IMG/VR virus record: IMGVR_UViG_3300048790_000037
Location: 1 to 40,522 of that record
From: a virus
Length of the DNA: 40,522 nucleotides
Strand: one strand, 5' to 3'
The position numbers and the translations under genes were made by a program. Below the pieces are notes generated by a model. It was not told where the DNA came from. It did no database searches and was given only the letters and a program-made list of their open reading frames with translations. Below are positions 7,326-15,476 of this stretch, piece after piece. The stretch's first letter is position 1. Each line of letters starts with the position of its first letter.

Positions 7326-8063
7326 TCAGTCGATGGGATCGGAATTTCGCCAATTATATATCTCCTTGAACATGATGTAAAAGTCCGTAGGATTGCAGCA
7401 ATTATGGATAGAAGATCCTCGAGTCTTTAGCCTGGTGATGAAAGTTTTTATGTGGAATCCAGGTCTTCTGATGAGTTGTAGAAGTCCCTGTTTAACTTTG
7501 TCCGATCTTATCCACGAGCCCGCACACAAACAGACATCGGAGACAATATCCATCGATGTGCGTAAAGCGTCGTTTTGTTTGATGATATCTTGAATTTTAT
7601 CATCTTGCAATTCCCAGGTTCCCTGCCTGAAATGCTGCTGATTAGCATGCGGGCGAACACATTGACCACATCCCCTTATGATGGAAGAGAGGGATATCTT
7701 GAACTTATGTTGGCCTAATATATCGGCCAATTTCATATAATGCGGCTTGCCGAGTTTGATGAAACAATTAAGGTGAGAATAAGGGTCCCAGTGCTTGGAG
7801 TTATTATTGCTCGTGATGATGTACTCGCTACCTAGACCTTTAGACTCCACGTAGTATATGGGTATGCCTAACTTCTCGGCAGCAAGTAGTCTGTGCTGGC
7901 CGTCTAGCACGTTGAATGACTCGTCAACGACGATAGGATGATACTTCAACGCGTTGCACTTCAAGATAGATTTTACAAGTTTGTTTACATGCCTTGGATC
8001 AATATCCCTGTTGTAGGTTAGAAAACCAAAAGCTGAATAATCCCTCGTCTCTAATATCTCCAT
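7326..8063 (-). CDS. ParB/Srx-superfamily (DGQHR motif) nuclease-like/DNA-binding protein
   Basis: HPIVVDESFNVLDGQHRLLAAEKLGIPIYYV is a ParB N-terminal domain signature. ATG at 8063 has a GGGGGA SD. The ORF-track start at 8117 is a TTG that lies inside the predicted promoter. Confidence 0.8.
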   Translation of the reverse strand: MEILETRDYSAFGFLTYNRDIDPRHVNKLVKSILKCNALKYHPIVVDESFNVLDGQHRLLAAEKLGIPIYYVESKGLGSEYIITSNNNSKHWDPYSHLNCFIKLGKPHYMKLADILGQHKFKISLSSIIRGCGQCVRPHANQQHFRQGTWELQDDKIQDIIKQNDALRTSMDIVSDVCLCAGSWIRSDKVKQGLLQLIRRPGFHIKTFITRLKTRGSSIHNCCNPTDFYIMFKEIYNWRNSDPID

Positions 8064-8087
8064 AGGTCCCCCTGGGTATATTTTCTG

Positions 8088-8117
8088 CATATATTCGATC
8101 GTACGCATTGGGGTCAA
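8088..8117 (-). promoter_or_regulatory. Sigma70-like promoter for the ParB-like gene
   Basis: On the minus strand: TTGACC (8117..8112), 18-nt spacer, TATATG (8093..8088). Confidence 0.45.
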
Positions 8118-8131
8118 GCAAGTTTTCGCCT

Positions 8132-8150
8132 GTAAACATTAAACTTTAAT
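8132..8150 (+). promoter_or_regulatory. Conserved 19-nt motif copy 1 (GTAAACATTAAACTTTAAT), upstream of the portal gene
   Basis: One of three near-identical copies (also 10740 and 26158). A TATAAT lies at 8154..8159. Confidence 0.6.
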
Positions 8151-8182
8151 CTCTATAATGAGGCTTTAGCAAAGGTTTATGC

Positions 8183-10258
8183 ATGTCCTCGCCAATGTCA
8201 GATTATTCGCGGTCTCAAGACTCCACTGAGTTCCTAGAGCACTTCAGGCGCGAAGTAGTTAAGAACGATCCTAGACTAGAGTTTCACCAAGATATCATCA
8301 AAGACTTCGGAGAATCGTATGAGAGAGCGTATCAGTTGTGGAACACTTTTTATGCAGAAGCTTATAAAGATCTTTCTTATTATCTCGGTAATCAATGGTC
8401 GCTTGAAGAGTTGGCTTACCTCAACAATCAGCGCAGATCGTCGTTTACATACAATAAGATCCGTAGACTTATTAACCTGGTCCAAGGATACCAGCGAAAG
8501 AATCGGCTCTGCTCGGTGGTTCGGCCTATTGAAAACGCTTCTGAAGACACGGCGACAATGCTGTCAGATGTGCTTCAATATGTCATGCAAACATCCAATG
8601 GGTATGAACAGATCAGTGACGCGTTTAAAGGCGCTCTAACGACAGGTCTTTCCTTCCTATCACCTTACATGGATTATCGCAACGATCCCGTATCAGGAGA
8701 CATATGCTTCCATAGGGACGATTGGAACGCTGTTATCCTAGATCCCTTTTTCACCAAGAGAGACCTCAGCGACTGCTCGTTTGTAGCTAGAAGGAAGTTC
8801 CTTTCCAGGACGGAAATATGTTCCCTACACCCGGATAAGACCGATCTGATTATGAGCCTGCCTTGGGGTTCCAGAGACGACAAGTTCACTTATATGCCCT
8901 ACGCCCGTCAGTGGGGGATGCAGAAGCTTATGAACTATACCGAGTACTGGAGGACAAAGTGGGTAACCAAAGAAGTTCTCGTGGACATGGAGACAGGAGA
9001 GACGAAGGAATGGTCAGGAGATAAAAAACGCCTTCGTATGTTCAAAGAAGCATATCCCCAGATAGAGTTGATACGCAAACCAGTCAAGCAGGTAGAACTA
9101 GGTGTGATCGTCGAAGGAGAGCTTCTTTATTATGGCAAAGATCCTTTCGGATTGGATGACTACAGTTTCGTGCCTTTTATGGCGGTATGGGAGCCATCCT
9201 ATGACCTATGGAGCTGGAAGATACAGAGCCTAGTCCGGGTTATGAGAGATCCTCAAACGGAGATAAATAAGCGTAGATCTAAAGCCCTAGACGTATTCGA
9301 CTCGCAGCTTAACTCAGGCTGGATAGCTAAGACCAACTCGGTAAGCAATCCTACGTCGTTGTTTAAGTCGGGACAGGGACAGGTTGTATTTTTGAAACCT
9401 GAAGCTCAGATGACGGATGTGCAGCGTCTAGAACCTCCTAGAGTGGACCAGTCAGCATTTCAGCTTATGGGGGAATTCGAAAAAGACCTCTTTGACACAC
9501 TAGGACTAAGCCCAGAGAACGTAGGCCAATCAGAAAACGAGAAGGTCGAGACCGCAGGAGTGCTAGCAAAAGTGCGCCAGGCGGCTGGATGGATACCTAT
9601 GCAGGACGTTATGGATGGCCTCAGAGAGTCTCAGCAACTTCTATGTCGAAAAGTAGTTAAGTTAATCCAACTCAACTACACACCCGAAAAGATACGCCTT
9701 ATTACCAAAAAAGAGCCCACTCCCGAGTTTTTCAGCAAAATGTTCTCACAATACGATATCTCGGTGGAAGAAGGTGTCCTTACAGACACCCAGCAGCAGA
9801 ACCAGTTCATCCAGCTCATGGCGCTCAAGCAAATGGGCGTCAATGTGACGGACGAGGAGATAGTGGCTAATAGCCAACTGCATGATAAAAAACCCATGCA
9901 GGAAAGATTTAAGGCAGAAAGAGAATCAGCTATGCAGCAGCAGCAGAAGGTAGCACAACTCGAAATGCAGAAATTAGAAATGCTTAATAAGTCCGTAGAG
10001 GCAAAAGCCTACTCGGATCAGTCTCTGGGCGCTGAAAGACTGGCTAAGGTAGAGCTAGATAAAGCACTGAACGCCGAGAGAATAAGCAGGGCTCAGGAAG
10101 ATAAGACCGCAGCAGAGCTGAACCTGATTAAAGCCCTCAAGGAGCTTCAGGGAATGGACATGGATTCGCTTGTGCGAGGTGTTGAAGTGCTAAAGGGACT
10201 TGCGGAGAGCCATCAAATAATGAATCCTCCTGAGACCCAGAAACAGGAAGCGGCTTAG
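8183..10258 (+). CDS. Portal protein
   Basis: 691 aa, positioned between terL and scaffold/capsid. Long C-terminal heptad-rich, Q/E/K-rich tail (QQQQKVAQLEMQKLEMLNK...) like podoviral portal barrels. Confidence 0.8.
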   Translation: MSSPMSDYSRSQDSTEFLEHFRREVVKNDPRLEFHQDIIKDFGESYERAYQLWNTFYAEAYKDLSYYLGNQWSLEELAYLNNQRRSSFTYNKIRRLINLVQGYQRKNRLCSVVRPIENASEDTATMLSDVLQYVMQTSNGYEQISDAFKGALTTGLSFLSPYMDYRNDPVSGDICFHRDDWNAVILDPFFTKRDLSDCSFVARRKFLSRTEICSLHPDKTDLIMSLPWGSRDDKFTYMPYARQWGMQKLMNYTEYWRTKWVTKEVLVDMETGETKEWSGDKKRLRMFKEAYPQIELIRKPVKQVELGVIVEGELLYYGKDPFGLDDYSFVPFMAVWEPSYDLWSWKIQSLVRVMRDPQTEINKRRSKALDVFDSQLNSGWIAKTNSVSNPTSLFKSGQGQVVFLKPEAQMTDVQRLEPPRVDQSAFQLMGEFEKDLFDTLGLSPENVGQSENEKVETAGVLAKVRQAAGWIPMQDVMDGLRESQQLLCRKVVKLIQLNYTPEKIRLITKKEPTPEFFSKMFSQYDISVEEGVLTDTQQQNQFIQLMALKQMGVNVTDEEIVANSQLHDKKPMQERFKAERESAMQQQQKVAQLEMQKLEMLNKSVEAKAYSDQSLGAERLAKVELDKALNAERISRAQEDKTAAELNLIKALKELQGMDMDSLVRGVEVLKGLAESHQIMNPPETQKQEAA

Positions 10259-10676
10259 AAGATAGTTCGAGGATCTGATCGGCCATCCTTTCAACTTCTT
10301 CCACTACCATCGGTAAAGTCCACATAGTCATCTTTATATCGGTAATTTCGATCGAACGAAAACATCTAGTGCGATTAGAAAAAGCCTCAAGATATTGCGG
10401 CGACATGATGGAGGGGTCTACTTCATCCCACGCATGAGCGCAATCGAATCCTAAAACGTGAAGATCTCCTCCCGGCCCATCCGGGCAATTCAAAGTTCCT
10501 ACAAATGTTAACCCACCGTGCACATCCACTAAGTCAAAAATCTCCCTATAATGCTTTCCGTGAAATGGGTGACCTTTTGGTAGTACTACATATCCGCATC
10601 TGTGGCCATAGGGATGGGCGACGACTATGCATTTTATGCCCTTATACTCCCACTCTCGTTCTATACTCACGTCCAT
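10137..10676 (-). CDS. Conserved phage protein of unknown function with His/Cys/Asp motifs
   Basis: GHRCGYVVLPKGHPFHG...VHGGLTF...GFDCAHAWD. GGAGGG SD. The 3' end overlaps the portal 3' end by 122 nt (convergent). Confidence 0.6.
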   Translation of the reverse strand: MDVSIEREWEYKGIKCIVVAHPYGHRCGYVVLPKGHPFHGKHYREIFDLVDVHGGLTFVGTLNCPDGPGGDLHVLGFDCAHAWDEVDPSIMSPQYLEAFSNRTRCFRSIEITDIKMTMWTLPMVVEEVERMADQILELSSKPLPVSGSQEDSLFDGSPQVPLALQHLAQANPCPFPEAP

Positions 10677-10739
10677 GCCCTCCAGCTATCCCAAATATTA
10701 TCACCCCGTTCTATTTTCCGAAAGCTGCTTAACACCTAA

Positions 10740-10758
10740 GTAAACATTAAAGTTTAAC
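10740..10758 (+). promoter_or_regulatory. Conserved 19-nt motif copy 2 (GTAAACATTAAAGTTTAAC)
   Basis: Contains a TAAAC-N6-GTTTA inverted repeat. It lies 58 nt upstream of the first gene of the scaffold/capsid operon. Confidence 0.6.
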
Positions 10759-10815
10759 TTATAGAGTTTGCCCTGTAAAATTAGGATTTGAACATAGACA
10801 CACAGCAGAGGGTAT

Positions 10816-11007
10816 ATGGACCTAAGTTTTCGTGGATACGTCCACCCACCAGAATCTTACAGCCGAGAGCTAGATAGAGAAGTCGCAAGAGAGGAAAAGC
10901 CCTATGGATATACTCTTCCTCCTCCTCCTGCTGACACTGGTGATTTTAATCAGCGGAGACTCGAGAGCGATAAGCAGTATCGACTGAGGAAAGGCAGAGC
11001 CATATAA
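10816..11007 (+). CDS. Hypothetical protein
   Basis: 63-aa ORF; the first gene after motif copy 2. Confidence 0.45.
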   Translation: MDLSFRGYVHPPESYSRELDREVAREEKPYGYTLPPPPADTGDFNQRRLESDKQYRLRKGRAI

Positions 11008-11186
11008 TGGCTGAGAAGTGGATTCAAAAGGCTATATCTAAACCCGGCTCCCTTCGCAAGACCCTCAAAGCAAAGAAAGGCAAACCAATCCCGGCTAAAA
11101 GACTAAATGCCGCAGCCAAAAAGCCCGGCATCACGGGCAAACGTGCTCGCCTAGCCGAGACGCTTAAGAAGATGCATCACAAGTAA
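11007..11186 (+). CDS. Small basic protein (59 aa)
   Basis: Manually translated as MAEKWIQKAISKPGSLRKTLKAKKGKPIPAKRL...RARLAETLKKMHHK. TAATG overlap with the upstream ORF. Confidence 0.45.
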   Translation: MAEKWIQKAISKPGSLRKTLKAKKGKPIPAKRLNAAAKKPGITGKRARLAETLKKMHHK

Positions 11187-11196
11187 GGAGCAATAG

Positions 11197-11448
11197 ATGA
11201 GACATCATCACGAACATATGCACCACCGCCACGAGAGCCACGCTTCCGAGCACGGCATGAAAGGTCACTACAAACACGAGACAGAACATCCAGCAGTGCC
11301 GCATGAAGGGCATATGGAAAGCGGATGGGGCTGTCACGACTTCAAAGGACAGGCTGATCCAATAGCATATGGTCAAGCTAGCGGCGAAGGCTGCAAGTCC
11401 GACCAGAAGAAAATGCATTCACAATTCAAAGACTACCATTGGGACTGA
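11197..11448 (+). CDS. Histidine-rich small protein
   Basis: AAGGAG SD. About one residue in five is His (MRHHHEHMHHRHESHASEHGMKGHYKHETEHP...), and there are two Cys. Confidence 0.55.
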   Translation: MRHHHEHMHHRHESHASEHGMKGHYKHETEHPAVPHEGHMESGWGCHDFKGQADPIAYGQASGEGCKSDQKKMHSQFKDYHWD

Positions 11449-11449
11449 T

Positions 11450-11812
11450 ATGGCCCAGGAGATAGGTGAAAGTCGAGATGCATGGGGTCAAGATGTCTGG
11501 GATAAAGCCCAGGACTTTGCAAACAATACCAAGTCCGACAAGCCATTCTACATCGTCTACGCAGCTAAGGCCGAAAGATCACGCCCTAATGTGTTTAGAC
11601 AGACATTCAAAGCCTACCACCAAAGACCTCCTGCCATCCTAGGCATATTGGTCTGGTATGTGAATCATCCACTCGGCGAGTTCAGGTTCCTACCTGAATT
11701 GTCATCGCCACCGGATATTCCACTTGATCCAAGTCTTCTTTCGAATCAAGCGTCCGACGCGTCCGAGAGAGTGATGGACCAAGGTAAAAAAATGAACATT
11801 TTAGTTTCCTGA
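11450..11812 (+). CDS. Hypothetical protein
   Basis: Internal ATG of ORF 11369..11812, located right after the upstream stop. 120 aa, no recognised motif. Confidence 0.5.
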   Translation: MAQEIGESRDAWGQDVWDKAQDFANNTKSDKPFYIVYAAKAERSRPNVFRQTFKAYHQRPPAILGILVWYVNHPLGEFRFLPELSSPPDIPLDPSLLSNQASDASERVMDQGKKMNILVS

Positions 11813-11852
11813 GATGGGCGTAAGTAAACACCGCCGCCAGGTTTAGGAGCAC

Positions 11853-12620
11853 ATGACAGAAGACATAGATATCAAGAATATGACGGGCGCAGATATAGGT
11901 TCCGCCGCCGGGAATCAACAAGTCGAGACGAATTCTTATAACGAAGAAGCATCGGATTACCCGGTCGTCAGAGAGCTATTAGACCCAGGGCAAGAATTCC
12001 CTGAGCCAGAAGCTCAAACCGGAGTCAATCCACAAGCGGAACATTTCCGTGCTCTCGCCAAAGAAGTCGATCGAATGAAAGCTGAGAGGGAGACAGAGAG
12101 GCGGGAGAACCAACTCCAGCTTGATATGCTCAAAGCGAATCTCAATAGACAGAATCAACCCGAGACGCCGAAAGAACGTCAGTTCTTAGACTCCATGAAC
12201 GCAGAGGACATCCCAAGTGTAGGTGAGCTGCGTAAGGAATGGCAAGAGCGGGAATCCATCTACGAGACACGCATACAAGAGCTTCAGGTAGCCCAGATGC
12301 ATCCCGATTATGCTGAGGTCGTCGAAAAGTTCGCCGTGCCTCTGGTTCAATCAAAACCGCATCTTGCCGAGGGTCTCAGGGGAGCCACGAACAAAGCCAT
12401 GTACGTGTACGAACTTGGGAAGATGGCCCAGCAAATGCAGAGCCAATCATCTGCGCCGTTAAAGAGCGAGTCCGCTCAAAGAATAGTCGATAACGCCCGC
12501 AAGCCTGGGACGCTTTCCCAGACAGGCGGACAAGGAGCACTGTCAAAGGCCGACTACTTCGCCACGATGTCAGATAGAGAGTTCATGCAGTTTGCCAGCC
12601 GTAACCTCGAAGGGATATAA
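11853..12620 (+). CDS. Putative scaffolding protein
   Basis: AGGAG SD. 255 aa, acidic with E/Q/R-rich helical segments, and immediately upstream of the capsid gene. Confidence 0.6.
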   Translation: MTEDIDIKNMTGADIGSAAGNQQVETNSYNEEASDYPVVRELLDPGQEFPEPEAQTGVNPQAEHFRALAKEVDRMKAERETERRENQLQLDMLKANLNRQNQPETPKERQFLDSMNAEDIPSVGELRKEWQERESIYETRIQELQVAQMHPDYAEVVEKFAVPLVQSKPHLAEGLRGATNKAMYVYELGKMAQQMQSQSSAPLKSESAQRIVDNARKPGTLSQTGGQGALSKADYFATMSDREFMQFASRNLEGI

Positions 12621-12637
12621 CCTAACGAGAATTAACA

Positions 12638-12804
12638 ATGGCAATTACAGGCTTAACACAATTGCCACCGGAAGTAAGAACCTATTTCGATAGACTTCTA
12701 CTTACTTTGGCTAGACCGTATTTCTTCTACGACATGTTCGCTCAAAAGCGACAGATCCCGTTGAATTCCGGCGATCAAATGGTGTTTCGTCGCTATGGCA
12801 CGCT
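12638..12804 (+). CDS. Major capsid protein, exon 1 of 3
   Basis: MAITGLTQLPPEVRTYFDRLLLTLARPYFFYDMFAQKRQIPLNSGDQMVFRRYGTL resembles the N-terminus of N4-gp56/HK97-fold capsid proteins. The exon ends in U, paired to the internal guide at 12815..12820. Confidence 0.8.
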
Positions 12805-13195
12805 AGACACAGTTGGCGTGGGTAAATCTTCTCTGATTGACTTGGAACTCCTAGAAGCTGCATAGCAGGAAGGACAACAAGGGGCAAGCTATGAGTTTGA
12901 GCAAGAAAGATACGATGAAAAAACATGATGTTAAGGATTCATCTATGGGGAATTTTCGTGTAAAACTTGGTCAAAAATATGGGCAGCCTGAACGTAGCAA
13001 GCGAGAAGACATTAATTGGTATGGTATGAAAGCTATTATAGATTCCGAAGGAATTTGTCATTTCGAAAATGGAATCTCTAAAGATTTAAATCAACCAATT
13101 GATGATGCGGTGCTCTGAACTCTATGGAGACATAGAGAGACTAGCTGAGAAGACTAGTCCGCCTGGAATAATCTAGGTCCACAAGTAACAGATCG
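12805..13195 (+). mobile_element. Group I intron 1 in the capsid gene
   Basis: P1 pairs CACGCU with GGCGUG, with a U-G wobble at the splice site. The terminal G is at 13195. The 3' core is homologous to intron 2. Removal restores the reading frame. Confidence 0.75.
12891..13118 (+). CDS. Intron 1-encoded 75-aa ORF of unknown function
   Basis: AAGGGG SD. The ORF ends at the same TCTGAACTCTATGG position as the intron 2 endonuclease ORF. No LAGLIDADG, GIY-YIG or HNH motif is visible. Confidence 0.4.
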   Translation: MSLSKKDTMKKHDVKDSSMGNFRVKLGQKYGQPERSKREDINWYGMKAIIDSEGICHFENGISKDLNQPIDDAVL

Positions 13196-13289
13196 AACTG
13201 CCGCGACGGTACCACTAACAGATGGACAAACTCCTCCGGGAGACCAACTATCTGTAACTGACTTTAAAGCACAGATACAATGGTACGGT
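13196..13289 (+). CDS. Major capsid protein, exon 2 of 3
   Basis: Encodes (L)TAATVPLTDGQTPPGDQLSVTDFKAQIQWYG. This is the expected L.EG.TP.G...s.t...a....YG segment of this capsid family. Confidence 0.8.
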
Positions 13290-14053
13290 AAAGAACAGGA
13301 AGACGAACTGCTTTTAGCAGCCTAACTGCCGTATTAAAATCATGAGTGATTACATGGAAAATCTAAACATAAATTCTCCTTCGTGTTATTGTGTTGTGGC
13401 GGATGTTTCGTCACAACGATCAGTAATGGTAACAAAGGACTTTTTATGCAGGATAACCAGAGGCAAGCGCTTCGCATTTCATATATAGCCGGAATTCTCG
13501 ATGGGGAAGGATCATTTTGTTTTATAAAGCAGAACAAACAGGGACAACACAAAAAACATGGGAGAGTTTCTCCTGTGTATTATGGTCTTGTCCGGATAGG
13601 TTTGGTAAACAGAGAAGCTTTAGAATTTATAAATGATACTTTTCCGGGATCTGTTATAAAATGCGAAGGCGTTCGAAGAGACAGACCGACCTACCAGGTG
13701 ATGTATAGATGGGAAATGAGAAAAAGACATCTTTTGATAGAGATATTGAAAAAACTCATCCCCTATCTCATAGTGAAAAAACCACAGGCAGAATTGCTGC
13801 TCGAAACATTGAGCACTTGGATTATGCCTTTCAATCGCAAAATAGGTATATGTCCTCACGAAATACAACGCAGAGACCTTGCGTGGGAAGAAATGCGCAA
13901 GCTTAATGCAGTTGGAGCAGCCGCAACGACTAAGTCTCATGACAACCGAGAGGTTGAAGCGATAGTCTGAACTCTATGGAAACATAGAGAGGGAGATCCG
14001 AAGAGGTTTCCCCGCCTAAATTTAAAATATTTAGGTCACAAAGTAACAGATAG
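13290..14053 (+). mobile_element. Group I intron 2 in the capsid gene, carrying a LAGLIDADG endonuclease ORF
   Basis: P1 pairs UACGGU (13284..13289) with GCCGUA (13328..13333), with a U-G wobble. The terminal G is at 14053. The core is homologous to intron 1. Confidence 0.8.
13446..13970 (+). CDS. LAGLIDADG homing endonuclease (single-motif type)
   Basis: The ISYIAGILDGEGSFCF motif lies near the N-terminus. AAAGGA SD. 174 aa, located inside intron 2. Confidence 0.85.
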   Translation: MQDNQRQALRISYIAGILDGEGSFCFIKQNKQGQHKKHGRVSPVYYGLVRIGLVNREALEFINDTFPGSVIKCEGVRRDRPTYQVMYRWEMRKRHLLIEILKKLIPYLIVKKPQAELLLETLSTWIMPFNRKIGICPHEIQRRDLAWEEMRKLNAVGAAATTKSHDNREVEAIV

Positions 14054-14731
14054 AGTTTCGTCACAGTGACGGATCAAGTACAGTATGTGGTTCAAGACCG
14101 AGTCCTCAATGAGGCAACAAAAGTCTTGAGTTTACAGCTTGGTTTATCGATAGACACACTCTGTAGAGACATGATGGTGTCTACAGCGTCAACCATACTT
14201 TGCAGCAATGGTCTTAACGGCAATACGCCTACCGAGCTCACTGACGCAGACATCCAGACAGCAGTCATTGCACTTAGACAGGGCAACGCCCGTCTAATGA
14301 CCAATCCTCTGCCTGGAGAGAACAAGTTCGCTACAGCACCCGTACGTATGTCTTACTGGGGCTTCATGAGTGTGGATCTACAGCAGGATTTGGAGAACGT
14401 AAGTTCGTTTATCAGCTCTGCTAACTACCCCAACCCACTGAATGCTTTGGAAGCGGAATGGGGGTCTACACGAAACGTTCGTTGGCTAATGAGCACGAAC
14501 GGCTACAGCAATGGGGCCTCGCCCAACGTGTACTCTAACATGATCTTAGGAAGCGAGTCTTACGGTGTTGTAAGGCTGGGTGCAAAAGAAGCCGAATTCA
14601 TCGTGAAGCCTCTAGGCGCATCCGGTACGGCTGACCCTCTCAATCAACGCGGCACAGTTGGATATAAGTATCCGTTTACTACACGGATCTTAAATGACAA
14701 CTGGATCACTCGCTTAACATGCACATTGTAG
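14054..14731 (+). CDS. Major capsid protein, exon 3 of 3
   Basis: SFVTVTDQVQYVVQDRVLNEATKVLSLQLGLSIDTLCRDMM...GTVGYKYPFTTRIL matches the body of the capsid family. The frame is open from 14054. Confidence 0.85.
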   Translation, partial: SFVTVTDQVQYVVQDRVLNEATKVLSLQLGLSIDTLCRDMMVSTASTILCSNGLNGNTPTELTDADIQTAVIALRQGNARLMTNPLPGENKFATAPVRMSYWGFMSVDLQQDLENVSSFISSANYPNPLNALEAEWGSTRNVRWLMSTNGYSNGASPNVYSNMILGSESYGVVRLGAKEAEFIVKPLGASGTADPLNQRGTVGYKYPFTTRILNDNWITRLTCTL

Positions 14732-14741
14732 GGGGTAGATC

Positions 14742-15467
14742 ATGGCTATTGTAAGAGTAGGGACATTAACAGTAGGAACGGGCGGAGTAGCTCAGAATTT
14801 GATTCTAGGCTTCGTCCCCAGCTACTTCAAGATGGAAAACAAGACGCTCAATACATCCGGCACAATCACGGGCGTAAACGAAGTCGAGTGGTGGAATGAC
14901 ATGGCTAACGCCTCTGCGTACATCACGACGTCTACTGCCGGAGCTGGTGTTCTAAGCTACATCTCCACTAATGGTATCACTCCATATCAGACGACAGATG
15001 CTAACCTGTATCCCACGACAAATCTAACCATCACGGCGATTAGTCAAGCGGCCCAGGCCAGCATTACGGCGACACATGCATTCACGGCTAAAGATGTAGG
15101 CGTGACTACGGTGACTTTCCACGGCGTGAAAGGGATGACTCAGATCAACACTCTAAGCGGTGTTGTGCAGAGTATTACTTCTACGACCAGCTTCACAGTG
15201 AATATCAATACCACGAACTTCTCAGCTTATACCGGCGGCGGTATCGCCAACATAATCACTGGTATTCCTGCATTGCAGGGCGGTTCTCTGACATCAGGCA
15301 ACGCTCTTGGATTTCCTCCGGCTCAGACCGCGACATTCCAAGTAGACAACACGCCTCTGTTTAACCAAGGAGCATTGGGCCTAACACTAGGCACTAGCTT
15401 GATGGTCACTACAGGTAACGTCTGGGAATACCTAGCACTGCTCGACGCAAGCTTTACGTCGGACTAG
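14742..15467 (+). CDS. Putative head decoration protein with ubiquitin-E1 FCCH-like beta-barrel domain
   Basis: VTFHGVKGMTQINTLSGVVQSITSTTSFTVNINTTNFSAYTGGGIA parallels the UBA1 FCCH segment F.EV.GM.ELNG....I......F.I.DTSNFS.Y..GGIV. The gene is directly downstream of the capsid gene. Confidence 0.6.
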   Translation: MAIVRVGTLTVGTGGVAQNLILGFVPSYFKMENKTLNTSGTITGVNEVEWWNDMANASAYITTSTAGAGVLSYISTNGITPYQTTDANLYPTTNLTITAISQAAQASITATHAFTAKDVGVTTVTFHGVKGMTQINTLSGVVQSITSTTSFTVNINTTNFSAYTGGGIANIITGIPALQGGSLTSGNALGFPPAQTATFQVDNTPLFNQGALGLTLGTSLMVTTGNVWEYLALLDASFTSD

Positions 15468-15476
15468 ACAAAACAG

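Noticed and set aside
11164-11418. An 84-aa hydrophobic ORF antisense to the His-rich gene.
   Set aside because: It is the mirror of CAY/CAT-rich His codons (ATG/GTG-rich antisense). It lacks an RBS and opposes the operon direction.
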